A stretch of 64,000 nucleotides of DNA from Sarea resinae (Eukaryota): positions 682,001-746,000 of the forward strand of contig JAPEUD010000001.1 of NCBI GenBank assembly GCA_026026165.1, read 5' to 3'. Within the stretch, counting starts at the first letter, position 1, and each line of letters starts with the position of its first letter. Positions 49,404 to 62,766 of this stretch are shown one piece after another. Under the pieces are notes generated by a model. It was not told where the DNA came from and made no database searches. It saw nothing but the letters and a program-made list of their open reading frames with translations. A program made the translations under genes and the position numbers.

Positions 49404-50037
49404 CTCTGCTCCATCAGTAATAGAGCCGGCACCGAATGGGAAGCAGAGGTAGAAGGAAGGTCTGGCCGCTCACTCGACTCGCGCGTGTAGATACCTACCT
49501 TACCTAGTACCTATAGCTTTGGAGAAGAATTGAGGATCAACACAGCGCTGTGCAGGAACCTGAGTAGCGAGCACCCGCCAAACACGATTCATCACACATC
49601 CATTCATCAACGCAAAGCACTACATCAAAGGCACATCCAATGTACACCCAGCCAGCGTGATATAACGTAGAGGCTCACTGAGATATACTCCATCGGCCCT
49701 TGGGAACATTGATCTTTATTTTCAAGAGGGGCTGAAATTCTATCTACAAATGGACACAGCGATGGTAGTCCAGACCTTGATTATTCTCTTCTTTCGGTCA
49801 AGCCTTGTTTGGCGGCATAGAAAAGAAAATTAGCGAACGAGAGAAGGCCATCAAAGCCAGCTGCCCCCCAGAATCCAGATTATAACGATTGAGAGAAGAT
49901 GGCGGTACCCAAACACCGCCGAATCGTCAAGCAAATCGCACGACCGACCCAACGCCCAATGCCAAAGGATGCCTGCGGCGGTTACGATCCGCAAGCCCTC
50001 ATACCAACGGCAGCAAACTCATCACTCAAAACAGCGT

Positions 50038-50991
50038 TCAATTGTCAACTTTGACTTCCGGGGAAGGACTGACTCCGGGAGACTGCATATTTCCGAGCTC
50101 CGCACCTTGACCACTCTGCCCCCGCTTTCGACTGGTGAAGTGGAAGCCGTGGTGGCTGGAGCTAGGTCTTACAGATTCTGATGTTGCAGTATCGGAGGAA
50201 TCTCCGAAACGGGAAAATAGACCTCGCCTTTTAGGCTTTGCTTCGTCGTTCAAACCGACGTCCTCAAAATCTTCTTCATTCGTTGGCTGAGGGCGTTCAA
50301 AATGCCGTTCATGTACTGCTGATCGTGGAAGACGGTTTGTCCTTGAATCCAGACTTTGACGTGGTGCGGCGTAATCCGGCGTCAAGACTGGTGATCGAGC
50401 AGATATGTCCTGGCAGGAGTGTAAGTAAATTCTCAGATAGCGACCGCGTATGGAAGGTGTACAAAGGATCTGCGGTACGAGTCGAAGGATTCGCGTGATA
50501 TCGAGAATGGTTCGTTTTCGTTCAGCACCGACTTATGATTTGAAGAAGCATAAGACGAGTTTGACCTGTGAAAGAACCCCTTCTTCTCTGGCGGCGATGG
50601 CTATAGAAGGTCAGCAGACTATTTCGGGCCATTGCTAGAATGATGGTAAGACGGGATGATAGCCACGTACAGGAAGGTAGACCCCGCTGTCATTAACGAC
50701 TGTGAAGGCCGACGGGCGGTCAGCGCAGTTTCAAGTGTGCGCCGGCAAACATAACGGGAGCTAGCTTAAGCAAGCATCCGCGCATTGCAGTCATAACATA
50801 CCACTAAGCTTAATCTCATTCGGCTGGCCTTTGATGTCCCAAGAAGCGGTTGAAGGTCTTGAACCGATGACCTCAGTCTTTTGAAAGCCTGGCTCGGTCC
50901 TGTCGCGCGAGGGTGAACGGGTACGCTCGTCCTGCGGCGGCTCAACGCCATTAGTAGCGCCGCCTTTTCTGAAAGGATTCCGGATTGGCAT
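50038..50991 (-). CDS. Small S/R-rich hypothetical protein, probably conserved in fungi. Exons 50991-50802, 50699-50671, 50600-50463, 50409-50038.
   Basis: MPIRNPFRK...EIKLS|VVNDSGVYLP|PSPPEKKGFF...PFSISRESFDSYRRSF|DISARSP...EEDFEDVGLNDE..KRRGLFSRFG. Three canonical introns keep the frame. Confidence 0.8.
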
Positions 50992-53766
50992 GATATCGTA
51001 GAAATGCTAACATATGAATACGATTGTGATGTTGGCTCCCTTCGTTCTCGTAATGCTGCCAGAGTAAATAGAGACGGCCGACTGCTTTCTCGGCAGACGA
51101 TTGATGTTTGATGTTCGATTGATGGGAGCTGGAGGGCGGTGCCTGTCGATGACGCTTTCCCCAACGATTGATTGACAGCCCTGGAGTGGGTACGGAGTTA
51201 CATCAGATCCTCCGTCCCGGATGTGTGCCGCTCGAATGCCGAAATCTAAAGGATCCCACCTTCGTATCTTTCAATCTGAGGAAGCTGCCCAAAGATGCAG
51301 GTGGGGAATCCGAGGTATGATAGAGTAGATGGCGCAAGGAACATCAAGGATCTTCAGTCATTCATACACTCCTCGAGTTCTTCGTAAGTCTGCGGACTTA
51401 CGAGTAGAGCCCACCCAAGGCAATCCATGGTCGATGTCCAGCTGTCCACGGTTGCTGGGTTCAAGAAGAGGCCCACCTGCATGTACGGAGGTACTCGTGC
51501 TGGCGGTTCAGAGGAATCCGCCCAAAGCGAGGGCAGATCGGCTGGTGATTTGGCACGAGCAGTGGACTAGAGCAGCCACAGCGGGAGACTACTGAATCGC
51601 CAGACAGAGGTTAGTAGTGAGGCAGGTATCACGCTCCCTTTCGAACCCATGAATAAGGTAATGAACAAGGCAATGACCGCACACAATAATTGTGCGTACT
51701 TAGGTATGTTCTGTATCCCTCCTTGCCTGTATCTGCGTACTTTCTTAGTACGAGGTACGCAGTACTTCGTACTTCTACTACGTACCTAGGTAGACGAGAA
51801 CCCTCGAACCTCCCGTCCCTGGGCTCTCGGGTACCTCTCAGATTCGACGGCTACGAGTAGATTCCCCACATCAGTGTCTCTGTGCCCTACCTCGGAGTAC
51901 GGAAGTACGAGGAAGAATGGCATCCGACTTACGTCGAAAGCTAAATTACCATACTCCGTAAAGATGTCTCAGCGCAAGGAGGCAATGCGAGTGTGCAAGG
52001 GCCTAAGGGGCTACGAAATCTTATCGGCTCTCTGCTTTCTATCAGGTTACCCTGATACTGCCCTAAAGTTGTAAGCTTGGAGATGGTGGTATGGATCTTC
52101 CCGTCCTTTTCCGTCAGCCTCAGCCCAATCAATATATTGCCGACGACTGTTCCAGTGCCGTGCAATACTCTGGTCACTCTTGAAGCACCGAACAGAGTCC
52201 AAACATCATGAGAACGGAAGCCGTTCAACAGTGCAGATGGTTGCTTCTGCAGGGAAAATCAAGCGTAAGCAAATGTGATTATTCGACTCTTCGTCTGAAT
52301 GGCGTTCTCGTCCCCTTCCGGCGGTCATTCATTTTCTGTGTCCCTTCATAATACGTTGTAGTAGTCTGACTCGGTATCATTATGGATGGATCGCTGATAT
52401 AAAGAGTGATGGCGAACAACGTGATTCTGTTCGTGCTGGCTGTTCTAAAGAAAGATCTGTCCAATCAGTGTGCTAAGGTACATGTAAGGTCATCAGTTCC
52501 AGGCAGGACATGTAGGACTAAGGTATGGAACAGTCGGGTTAGGTCCTACCATGACCGTGCATTTGAGAGGACAGAGGAATTGACAACAAGGGCTGATACG
52601 GGATCTCCCCACATATCGTAGACAGAGATAGGGCACACAGATCTCTGGTAGACAGGAAGGGGCCGGCCTCCCTTCCAAAAATAACTCTGCATCACGACGG
52701 CGTTCCTCGGGTCCCTAGCAGCAGTCAAGACTTACCGTCTATGACGAATCGGGTCGTGTACAAACCCAAGAGAAAGACAGATCGGCCTACACAGTAGTAT
52801 CAGTAAAGCGTTTCCCATGGTGAGCCTCGCTCTAGAGACCGGGGAAACTTGGAGAAGACGACATACATACCTAGTACCAGGCACAAGGTGACACCGTCAG
52901 ATGCACCAAGCATACTCCAAGGTCAAAAATATATCATTCAAGCAGGTCCAGGGCGATGTACTACAGACCAGATGGGAAGCCGAGCTGCATGCGAGACGAC
53001 TTGGCTTCGGATTGGGCTCCCTTCATGCCTGCCTTGTTGTTAGCTGCGTCTCAATACGGGTCAGTCTTAATCACATTGACCAGATTGGATGTTCTCACTT
53101 CTGAGCTTCCTTGCTTGGACGAAGAGAACCGTCGCTCAGAGGGTAGCCAGCACGAACACTGCTCATGGTGTCTCATCACTGCATCCCGCGATGACAGATC
53201 TGGATTCGAAACGCAGCAGCAGCAAGGGCTAATACCGCTGTATGCATGATCACATACATGAATGGGTTCTGCCTACCGTAGGTAGGTATGCAACGAAAAC
53301 AGTGTGGAGTGTAATGGATAGTAGTTATTACTTGACTGTCACGTCAAATTCACTCTGATCTTCACTACTCAGCTTGCTTCACACTCATCTTCGTTTTTCT
53401 CTCTCTCGATGGCCGTTTCCTTTCTACTGTATACCTCCAGTGGAATACTAATTGAGGCCTACTCACTTTGATTTGGGAGAGTTTGTGTTATCGGCTCCCG
53501 AAAGCAAACCGCCATTGCCTGTCAATTCCTTCCCGGACAGGAACTCAACTCCGATCGGTCGCTGCCCCAAGTGATTGATGGCCAAACCAACGAATCGATT
53601 CTTGTGCCTCAAATTGAAACATATTCACATACCTATCGACCTTTCCCTAATTTGAGCTCATCGTACTTTACCTATCGAGTCTATCGTTCTTTCCTACTTA
53701 TAATTTACGCCTCCATACTCACTGCGGCGCCGACTGTTCAGAGACAAGTGAACTCGAGAGGCTAGA

Positions 53767-55420
53767 ATGGGGCGGGCCTTCTTCAATTCATGGCAGACAT
53801 GGGAGAAGATGGTGTTTGTAAGTAGTGAGAAGGCAGATTTGAGAAGTTTGCCAACGGTGCTGACTATTGTACAGGTGCTGGCATGTGCGATCGTACGCTT
53901 TTCTCCCACGTATCGAAGGTGGCTGGCTAATAGCAATCCTTACATAGGTGGTCACAGTTTTTGCCGGGTGCTTGAAACTTCTCTGGAACCGTTGGAGGCT
54001 TCGGAAATACACGGCTATAGCGAAAGCAAATAAGAGTCACCTTGAATATGTCAGACAGACTCGAGACGTTATCCAGCTCAAAGGCGAAGATGTTCCTTTT
54101 GGTGTGCGTGCCATCGAGAGCGGCATCGAAGTCGACGGTATCTGGATCTCTAAATCGAACACGCCCGCCTCAAGTATGCCTGTTAGCCCGGCTCTCCCAG
54201 CAACAGGCGATGTCGGCGAAAGTTTTAACACTGGAGGTCAGGCCTTTGGGACCCCACCCCACCTCGAGATCTCTCACCTGGGTAGTGAACGCCCGCAGAG
54301 CAGCTCTCGGAAATCGAGCAGCTCTTCCAGGCCGCCATGCTCATATGATCGAACTGTTTCCCGTGACCGACTGCCGAGCCGCTCCTCGTCATCAGGCTCA
54401 ATGTCTGGCATTCGTCACCTGCCCCGCACATCATCTAACCTGAAGTTTGGGAATTATGGGTTGCTGGCGGACCAATCTACTTTGGATAGATTGGAGGGTT
54501 ACAAATCTGGACAGTCTCAAAGAGGTAAGTCTCGACCAATTAAAGCCCTTTCAGCATTCCGTATTTGTGTTCGACATAACCTTCCAGAAATACATCACGA
54601 GAGATTAGAAGCCTAATTTACGATCTTAGCATCCGAGGAAAGCACTTACGGACGAAGCTTCGTTTCTACATCTTCTAGGCCTGGTAGTGCCAGAGAGCAG
54701 CTTCTACCGAAGACTGGCCCACGTCCTTCATCTGAAGCGCTACCGCATGTACCAGGTGATATTGACCTCGCTGATGCTGGCCGCGTCTCTGAGGGAGGTT
54801 CTGCGAACTTGCAATCACTCTATAGCCATCGCATCTCCCATGCGGCAGAGACTGGCCAGCTTCTGCCCCGGTCTCGGCGCTACACTCACGATGCTGGACC
54901 GCCTAGTATTCCGCCGATCGTCGTACATTCAGGGAGCTCAGATGACTTCTTCAACTTCGGAAAGCCACCTTTGGAAACGCCACCCTTGGAAACCGACAGA
55001 GCCAGTAACCCTTTTTCAACCCCCCCAGGAGCTCCCTCGCCTGGCGCACTCGACTTCCAGCCACCACCAGCATCACATGTATCAATTTCAGCTTCTCATC
55101 CCTCAAGCTCTGCTCAACCGGTTGAAACGCCTCAACAGAACTTCTCTCGGTCTGCTGTTCAGACCCCTGCACATGCTCTTCAGCCCACGGATGTAAATCA
55201 GCAGGGACGCAGAACTCACATTCTACGCAAAGTCAACTCCAACTTCGAGATTCTAGTTCCCGGTACGCTTGACGTGAGAGACAGCCACGTTGATGGATCG
55301 GACGATCCAGATCCAGATCTAGAAGCGGGCGCCAAGCGGCATTCCAGGAAATTACGGAAGAAGAAACGATTGACGCTGCACGGCAGAAGTTCTAATTTCA
55401 CGGAAGAGTTTGATGCTTGA
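53767..55420 (+). CDS. Hypothetical membrane-anchored protein: N-terminal TM, DVPFGVRAIESGIEVDGIWIS motif, disordered tail. Exons 53767-53817, 53875-53892, 53948-54524, 54630-55420.
   Basis: The spliced N-terminus is MGRAFFNSWQTWEKMVF|VLACAI|VVTVFAGCLKLLWNRWRLRKY. All three introns are GT-AG with CTGAC/CTAAT branch points. C-terminal RKVNSNFEIL and SRKLRKK. Confidence 0.8.
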
Positions 55421-55929
55421 AGGCATATGAAGGGCTATGATTACCAGGTATAAATGGTCACATGATGCCATTGCTTCTTTTACGAATGGTCATGATTGCC
55501 AATGAAGAATGAAGGGTTGGTCGAGTTCCGGCAAACTATTACGGATATAAAGATTTATGCAAGCATTACTTATTACTGGCATCTTTGCATCGGGGAAGTT
55601 CTGGGTAGGCGTCAAAATGCATGGAAAGGCGGATACAATAGCATCACGACATGATTCACGGGTGATCCATCGGGCTCTGTTGGATGCGGGACCAATATGC
55701 AGATGATGAGTGTTCGGATAATGCTTCCAGCGCCAACGTTCAACAGAATTTCTATTGAGAAGACTCAAAAGCACGGTCCACAGGGCACATTAAGCTCACA
55801 TGTAAGTGTAGGCCAGCGAAATGGCAAAAGTAATCTGAATCACAATTTTCGAAAGGCAATCGCTACGTACTGCGCAGTAGTATTTTCATTGTGATGCACG
55901 GATAGGTCACATGCTTTCGTGTCTGCTTT

Positions 55930-55955
55930 ACGCGAAGCCCATTGCCACGACGCGT
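55930..55955. promoter_or_regulatory. Two MCB-like elements (ACGCGA, ACGCGT) upstream of RAD51
   Basis: ACGCGA at 55930-55935 and ACGCGT at 55950-55955, about 100 bp upstream of the ATG. MBF control of RAD51 is established in budding yeast. Confidence 0.55.
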
Positions 55956-56052
55956 TCCCCACGACACAAGGTAGTCAATGTTGATGTGCGCCACTCGAAA
56001 GCATTGAGCGTCATTTTGAAGCTACCAACACCGATACCATCGATTCGCCGAG

Positions 56053-57331
56053 ATGAGTGCCGAAGAAGCTGAACAGAACGACGCCGGGTATGAAGAGAGC
56101 GGTGTGGGAGGCCCGGGAGCTCCAACGCCGTTGTCAGCTTTGGAGGTGAGAAACCTTCGATACTCTAAGACCAAATGATGCGCGACTGATATATCCTGAA
56201 GGGCGTCGCCGGCCTTACGGCTCGAGATATCAAACTCGTCGTGGATGGAGGATACAATACCGTCGAGTCCGTAGCTTATACGTACGCTTGACGCTTTCCT
56301 GTGCAGGCTCCAACACTCACATACCTCAGGCCGAGAAGAACGCTAGAACAGATCAAGGGCATCTCAGAGCAGAAAGCGACGAAAATACTTGCTGAAGGTT
56401 GATAAAGTGCTTCTCTGCATTATTGGACTTTGGCTGAATGCAGATTACAGCTTCAAAACTTGTGCCTATGGGATTCACGACGGCTACAGAGATGCATCAG
56501 CGGCGCAGCGAGTTGATTTCTATCACCACGGGTTCGAAACAACTAGACACTCTCTTGGCTGGAGGCATCGAGACAGGTTCTATCACCGAGCTGTTTGGGG
56601 AGTTTCGAACGGGCAAGAGCCAGATCTGCCATACCCTCGCCGTGACGTGCCAACTGCCCTTCGACATGGGTGGCGGAGAGGGCAAGTGCCTCTACATCGA
56701 CACTGAAGGCACATTCAGGTATGTCAGATTCTTGAAGTATCGAACTCCGCACAGTTCAAGGAAAATGCTTATCGCAAACCCTACCAGACCCGTACGTCTC
56801 CTTGCTGTCGCAAAACGCTACAACCTCTCGGGCGAAGAAGTCCTCGACAACATCGCCTACGCCCGCGCCTACAACTCCGACCATCAGCTCGAACTCCTGC
56901 ACCAAGCCTCGCAAATGATGTGCGAGACGCGCTTCTCCCTCCTCATCGTCGACAGCGCCACGTCGCTCTACCGGACCGACTTCATGGGCCGCGGCGAGCT
57001 CAGCTCGCGGCAAACGCACCTCGCCCGCTTCATGCGCACGCTGCAGCGACTGGCCGACGAATTCGGCATCGCGGTCGTCATCACCAACCAAGTCGTCGCG
57101 CAGGTCGACGGCGGGCCCAGCGCCATGTTCAACCCGGACCCCAAGAAGCCGATCGGCGGCAACATCATCGCGCACGCGTCGACGACGAGGCTGAGCTTGA
57201 AGAAGGGCCGCGGCGAGACGCGCGTGTGTAAGATTTACGATAGCCCCTGTTTGCCCGAGAGCGACTGTCTCTTCGCCATCAACGAAGACGGCATTGGCGA
57301 TCCGAGCCCGAAAGATTTGGAGAGGGATTGA
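56053..57331 (+). CDS. RAD51: Recombinase Rad51 (UvsC/Mei-3). Exons 56053-56145, 56202-56281, 56330-56397, 56451-56718, 56788-57331.
   Basis: HhH region [18 protein letters not shown], Walker A GEFRTGKS, Walker B LLIVDS, LYRTDF.GRGEL and [26 protein letters not shown] and MGFTTATE favour Rad51 over Dmc1. Confidence 0.98.
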
Positions 57332-58667
57332 TCGATCGATCGATGGCTTCATGGGCTGGTGGCTTGGCTATTTATTCGAACCGTATAAAAACCATATTCC
57401 TCGTTCGTTGGGCGCAACATTGGCGACCGGAAAGGAAACGGAAGGGAAAGGAAGGGAAGGGAAGGGAAGGGAAGGGAAGGGAGGCGTCTAACAGGGAAGA
57501 AGCATAAAGTTCTGTTTTCTCCGTGTCACACACTCCATACATACATACATACATCTAGATGGGGGCTATGCATTCAATCCACACCTTTTCCAACCTTCTC
57601 TCAAAGGATAGTCCTTTTCTTTCTCCTCTGTCTCCACCTCTCCCTCCCACTCCCACTCCCACTCCCACTCCCTCCCCCGGTGATCTGTTTCCCCCCCCCC
57701 GCGGCATTTTCTTCCCCCCCACTTCCCTGCCCTAGACCTGATCTGATCTGATGTGATGTTATTTGATGTGAAATGTCCCCTCTACTTATTCTCTGCGTCG
57801 AAAAGGGGGACTTGCGAGGATGGAATTCGCTCGGCCGCTTCTCACCCATTCTATGGCCTGTATCTAGAGAGACAGTTTTACTCAGGCAATGTGCTAGATG
57901 GTGTGGTGAATGGATGGATGGATGGATTGATGGAGTACTTAGACTCACTAGATTGAAGAGCACAGAGCACGGACAAAGCACGGATAGAATCAAAATCTTT
58001 TTCACTGTTTTACGCGCTTTTCAAAATGGTCGGGTCGGTCTGAAGATGAGATAGGGAAAGCTGCCTAGTTTTCTAGAACGTCGATATCTAAGTCGGAAGA
58101 ACAAGAACAAGAAGAACGGGGGATGCAGAGACAACAAAGATGTAAGAGACAAACGGAGAGGGAAGAGAGGACGTGAGTAGCTTTCGAGGGGGGTGGAAGG
58201 GTGGTCTGTGTCTGTGTCTGGGATGGATGAATGAATTAATGATGGATGGAGGTTTGGGGGGATGCTCCTGACCAGGGCTCAAAGGGTGGGAAGGATGATG
58301 GGAGGGAAGGTAGTAGGGGTAGTAGGAGGATTCTAAAGACCCGCTTGTGACGACGAGAGGAGAGTCCGTGGAATGTGTTGGAGTAGATCCGAGAGTGCTT
58401 TGTGGTAGTGTTTGTGAGGGTTTGATAGTAAATCGGGGTTTGGATTGCTTGAGGTGTGGATAGAATGGTAGCGCAACGCGGTCATGAGCAGGAAGGATGA
58501 AGTCGTCGCATGTCTCCCCTCCCCTCATGCCCAATGAGCGAGAGGGTTCAGAAGGCCAGGCAGCGAGAGAAAATGGAGGCTTTCTTGTCCCTGGACTTAT
58601 GGATGATACTGTAGTCGTCAAAGGCTCAGACTAGTCGGGGCAGGCCATCGTTCGCTGGTCGCTCGCA

Positions 58668-59933
58668 TTAAGCCGCGTTCGCTATCTGCTGCTGTTGCTG
58701 TTGTTGCAGGGCCAGAGAGCCCTCGGGCGCTTGGCGGTAGAGAACAATCTCGGACTGTTTGAAATAGCGGCGAGCATCTGCGATGACATTGTAAGTTAAG
58801 GGATGAAGAGATGGCCGGGAAGGAAGCCCGAGGGAGGAGTCGTGAACGGTATGGACACAGGGGCAGGCAGAGAGCAGGGATATCGCCATTATATTTACCT
58901 TCGTCGATGAGCACTAGACTAAGGTAGTAACGGACTGAGAACTTCTTGTTGACTTCGCGGAAGGTGGGTGTTAAGTCGAAGCCTCCGAGGAAGAGACGGA
59001 TCGGGATGGTTTCACCTGTTGATTGAGCATTGTTAGAAAAAAGTGATCTGAAAAACGGAGGTCTGGGCGCGGAAAAGGGTCGCTAAGTAGGTTTATCATA
59101 CCTCTTGATGGAGAGCCATCCATAATCTACTAATGGGTTAGCCAAGAAGCTTTCAAAGTCGGTGAATTAGCATACCTCAAACCGAACCAGCGTTTCGCTC
59201 TCATTATACTGATTTGGAGCCGTGCCGGTAGTTTCTCGCCGAATTATCGAAAGCTCCATATGCTTGATCTTCAATCTCACCAGCAGGAAATAGATACGTC
59301 CGACAATGACGTCCTTCAGATGGTATTTCGACTTCGAGTATTCAAATTCGATGTGCAAGCAGTCCTCAATGCCCACATCCATTTTGATAGAACTGTTCGT
59401 CTCGGGCGGGATGCGGTATGAATAGACCCAGATGTCCTTCTCGCGGATTACGTCCGCCATGCGGCGAGAGACCGTCACCCGCACAAAGTAGCGTAGCTTG
59501 ACATTGATGCCGTTGTACGATTCGTATTGCTTCTCGACATTCTTGAAGTTGAAGTCAAAGGTTTGCGGATGCTGTAGCTCTCCAGGAGCCGCGAGTTCTT
59601 GGCCAAGGGACAGAAATTCGTAGTGGCTGCCGCGGTCGAAGAACATCTCTGTCAGGGGAGCGATTGATGAGCATCTGGTGGCTTAAGAGGATATCCCATA
59701 GAAAAGCCTGACAAACCGATAGTCCCAATGAATTGCACCTTGATTCCCGTATGCTCCAAACGCTTGCCGTCTTTGGGTCGAATGGTCACTGCGCCCTTGA
59801 CGGACTCGCCGTCCATGTAGAGGGGCGCCTTCTCTCGCCGGTTCTTGTCGAGGCGGACATCGACCATGGAGCGTTCGTCGGGCTCATCGAGGACGATGTC
59901 GATGTCGACCGGGGTGGAGAAGAAGATGGACAT
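58668..59933 (-). CDS. VPS26: Retromer subunit Vps26 (Pep8). Exons 59933-59717, 59648-59176, 59126-59102, 59015-58899, 58777-58668.
   Basis: GKRLEHTGIKVQFIG, EKQYESYNGINVKLRY, IKMDVGIEDCLHIEFEY, IMDGSPSRGETIPIRLFL and DARRYFKQSEI. Confidence 0.97.
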
Positions 59934-62734
59934 GGTGAGCAATTCGTCTTTGTCCGATCAGCCAGTTCGATGTCGCATTGAGCCTTCGCGCTGGAGGGTC
60001 TGATAGAGCGAGACTGTTTGTGGTGTGTGCTTCAACTTGACCGCCGTCAGTCGTCACTCATGGGAGGCTCGTGGAATACATATAGGTACTTGTGAAAGCG
60101 CGGTGAATTCGATGCTCAGCCAGTATTTTGAAGTACCTGATAGGAATAGCTACCTTTACCTCGAAATATCCAATGTCCAGAAAGTCCGGCGGTTGCCGTG
60201 CACTACTGACCGATTCAGCTCCCCGTACTGCTTGCCGGATCCTCCACTCCTTTCCTTCGGCCATCCGTAGACCACAGTGACGCATTTCCACTCCAGGCAA
60301 CAGTGCAGGCCCCTCGGCCGGCACACAATGAATTTTGATAGGATCTGAGGTGACCAGCATGGGGCTCATCGTCTACTTGCAAGCAAATCCAACCGGAATT
60401 TCAAGGAGTCATCTTACAGACACTGCCTGCCTAGGTATTAGGTAGATGGAGAAGCTTGGCCTATCCCCTCCTGATATGGTCAAGACAGGGTCATCGATGC
60501 ATCCGACAATCCCCAGGGTCCGTCGGTCCTGAGGAAGGTTTGTTGCTCGCAATTGTTGCTCGCATGCCCGGTGCTCCTCACAGCCTGCCTCGTTGGCACA
60601 ACAGGTCCCCTCGTTCGTCATGGATATCACATCACGTGGCAGTGTGGGGAAGCAGCACTCTTGACTTGCTGCTGTCAAGGCGGCCGCCGTCAAGCGCAAA
60701 CCTGATTGCAGGCAGATCATGTACTGCGCAGTAGGCTACGGGTAGATCCTGGGGTTCTGGACTGGTTTGAATGCTACCTAGCAGAGTAGTACTCGAGCAA
60801 CATGAGTATTGGCCGTCTAGGGACGGACACGTAGTTGGCTGATGTCCGTGTTCTGCAGAAGGCTTGCAAGGCAACGATGCCAGGAGGCAAGGAGGCAAGG
60901 AGGCAATTGGCATCGGGCTGTACGAAGTACCTTGTTGGACGGATCAATGCGCTGAACATCATCATGCAAAGTCATTTCATCCAGCGTACAGCAATTTGTT
61001 GCATCCATGAGATGGGGGTCTCTCAGCTCGGACCTGCAGGGCATCGTCCGTTCGCGGCGGCAAGTACCTTATTTATTAATTCTCCAGAGTCACTAGCTGC
61101 CCGTCCAAAGTACGATTATTACACTCATGAAGACCGGGGAATAAACTTAAGGGGGGAAGTATCGAAATGACTGTCTGAATCGGTGGAGAAAGAGTGTTTT
61201 ATGATTCACGATCGAATCATTCGCTGCTACTCCGGTGTAGACAATGGTTGTAGGCGTTCAGCGGAACGATTACGTTGCCGATACTCGAAGTCGCCAGACC
61301 ATGAGGCGATCCCATCCGGAAATGATGCGTTGATGCACCCCAGAAAAAGGACAAACTGGGAAAAAGGAGATCGGCAGTGGCCGGGGCGGTCAACATCAGG
61401 CGGAGACTATCAACTGTCATTCGCACTTACAATGTTCCGGTTCCCCGTTGGCCGTCCAGTGGCCTTTGGAAAAGGTCTGATTGGGTCATTCCCCTCCTCG
61501 TTCGATCCAATTCCCTGGAAAGTGCGGGGCAAATGCACTGCCATATGGGTGTGCTTCGTACAGGGCGCAGTCGAGTACTCGGACGTGATGTACGAATAGG
61601 TAATCCAAATGCACGACTTCATCCACAGTCGAGAAGAACTGCCGTGCGGAGTCTGAAAAGGAGGAGAAGACCTCACGTGGTGCATTAGATGCACATACTC
61701 CGGAGTAGTCATTAGTCGTCTCCATCATATGAAGTCATTCGTCTTGATCCAATCCACCCAGACTTCGTGTGATCAGGGAAGTCAGGGACCGAGGGACCAC
61801 CTGTGCCAAGATGAATCAAGCAAATCTTCTGATGTACCGCAGTATCCGTGCTCTCGATCGTCAGCGGCATTCGTACTCTACAGTATCTATGCCCCTATCA
61901 GACCAAGATGATCGGGAACTGATAATCTCCAGCCACGGCATGTTGAAGGCCGAGGACTCAGCTACTGCGTATGCACTCCGTACTCCGTGCTCTCCTCTAG
62001 CCCTGGAGGTGAACGGCTGGGGAATCTTCGGCGCGCGCCGTGTGTACTTCGTAGTGGTGGTGGCGTGCGCATCACTCAGCTCCCAGCTCTCGAGGACCGA
62101 GGACCCCCACGCTTCCGCTCTCTCGACCTTCTGCCGGATCAATCCTGCGCGAGAGGTCGAACCATGACAGGTTGGGACTATCCAATTACACAATTACATA
62201 GTACGGCGTAGTGTGTACTTTGTAGAGCACTAGCTCCTACTATGTAGGTAGAGTGCGACTCAATAGACCACACGAACAGAATCTTTTACTCAGGAACCTT
62301 GAATCCCTGATCACACTCATTCAAGTCTCTGCTCAGTCGACTGATGATCGTCTGCAGTACAGTAACGTTACGTTACGTTACGTTACCTGGCTCTACTATG
62401 TCCAGCGGCACGCCTGACCTCACTGGCCTTACCTAAGTCGAACCAACTCTTCTCATCGAAGGTGGAAGAAGTTGATTTGCTAATGGAAAGTCGATGATAC
62501 ATCGAGCATGGCGAACATGACCAGGCGCATATGCGTACATGAGTAGAGTACATGCGTGTAAAATATGATTTCCCAACGGCCCAATAACAGCCTTTCAAAG
62601 CGGCCTGCTTCGAGCAGTACCAGCAGCAGCACTGCACATTCCCTGAGACGACGTAGGTCGTGGAGGTAGGTGCTCGACGGCGCTCTGGGCGTTTAAGGCA
62701 GCTCGGTCAGAAGTTTCTTGATCCATTGATCCCA

Positions 62735-62766
<32 letters not shown>

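Noticed and set aside
51941..52228. 95-aa ORF with protein-like composition
   Set aside because: Non-ATG start, no recognisable motif and no splice partners found.
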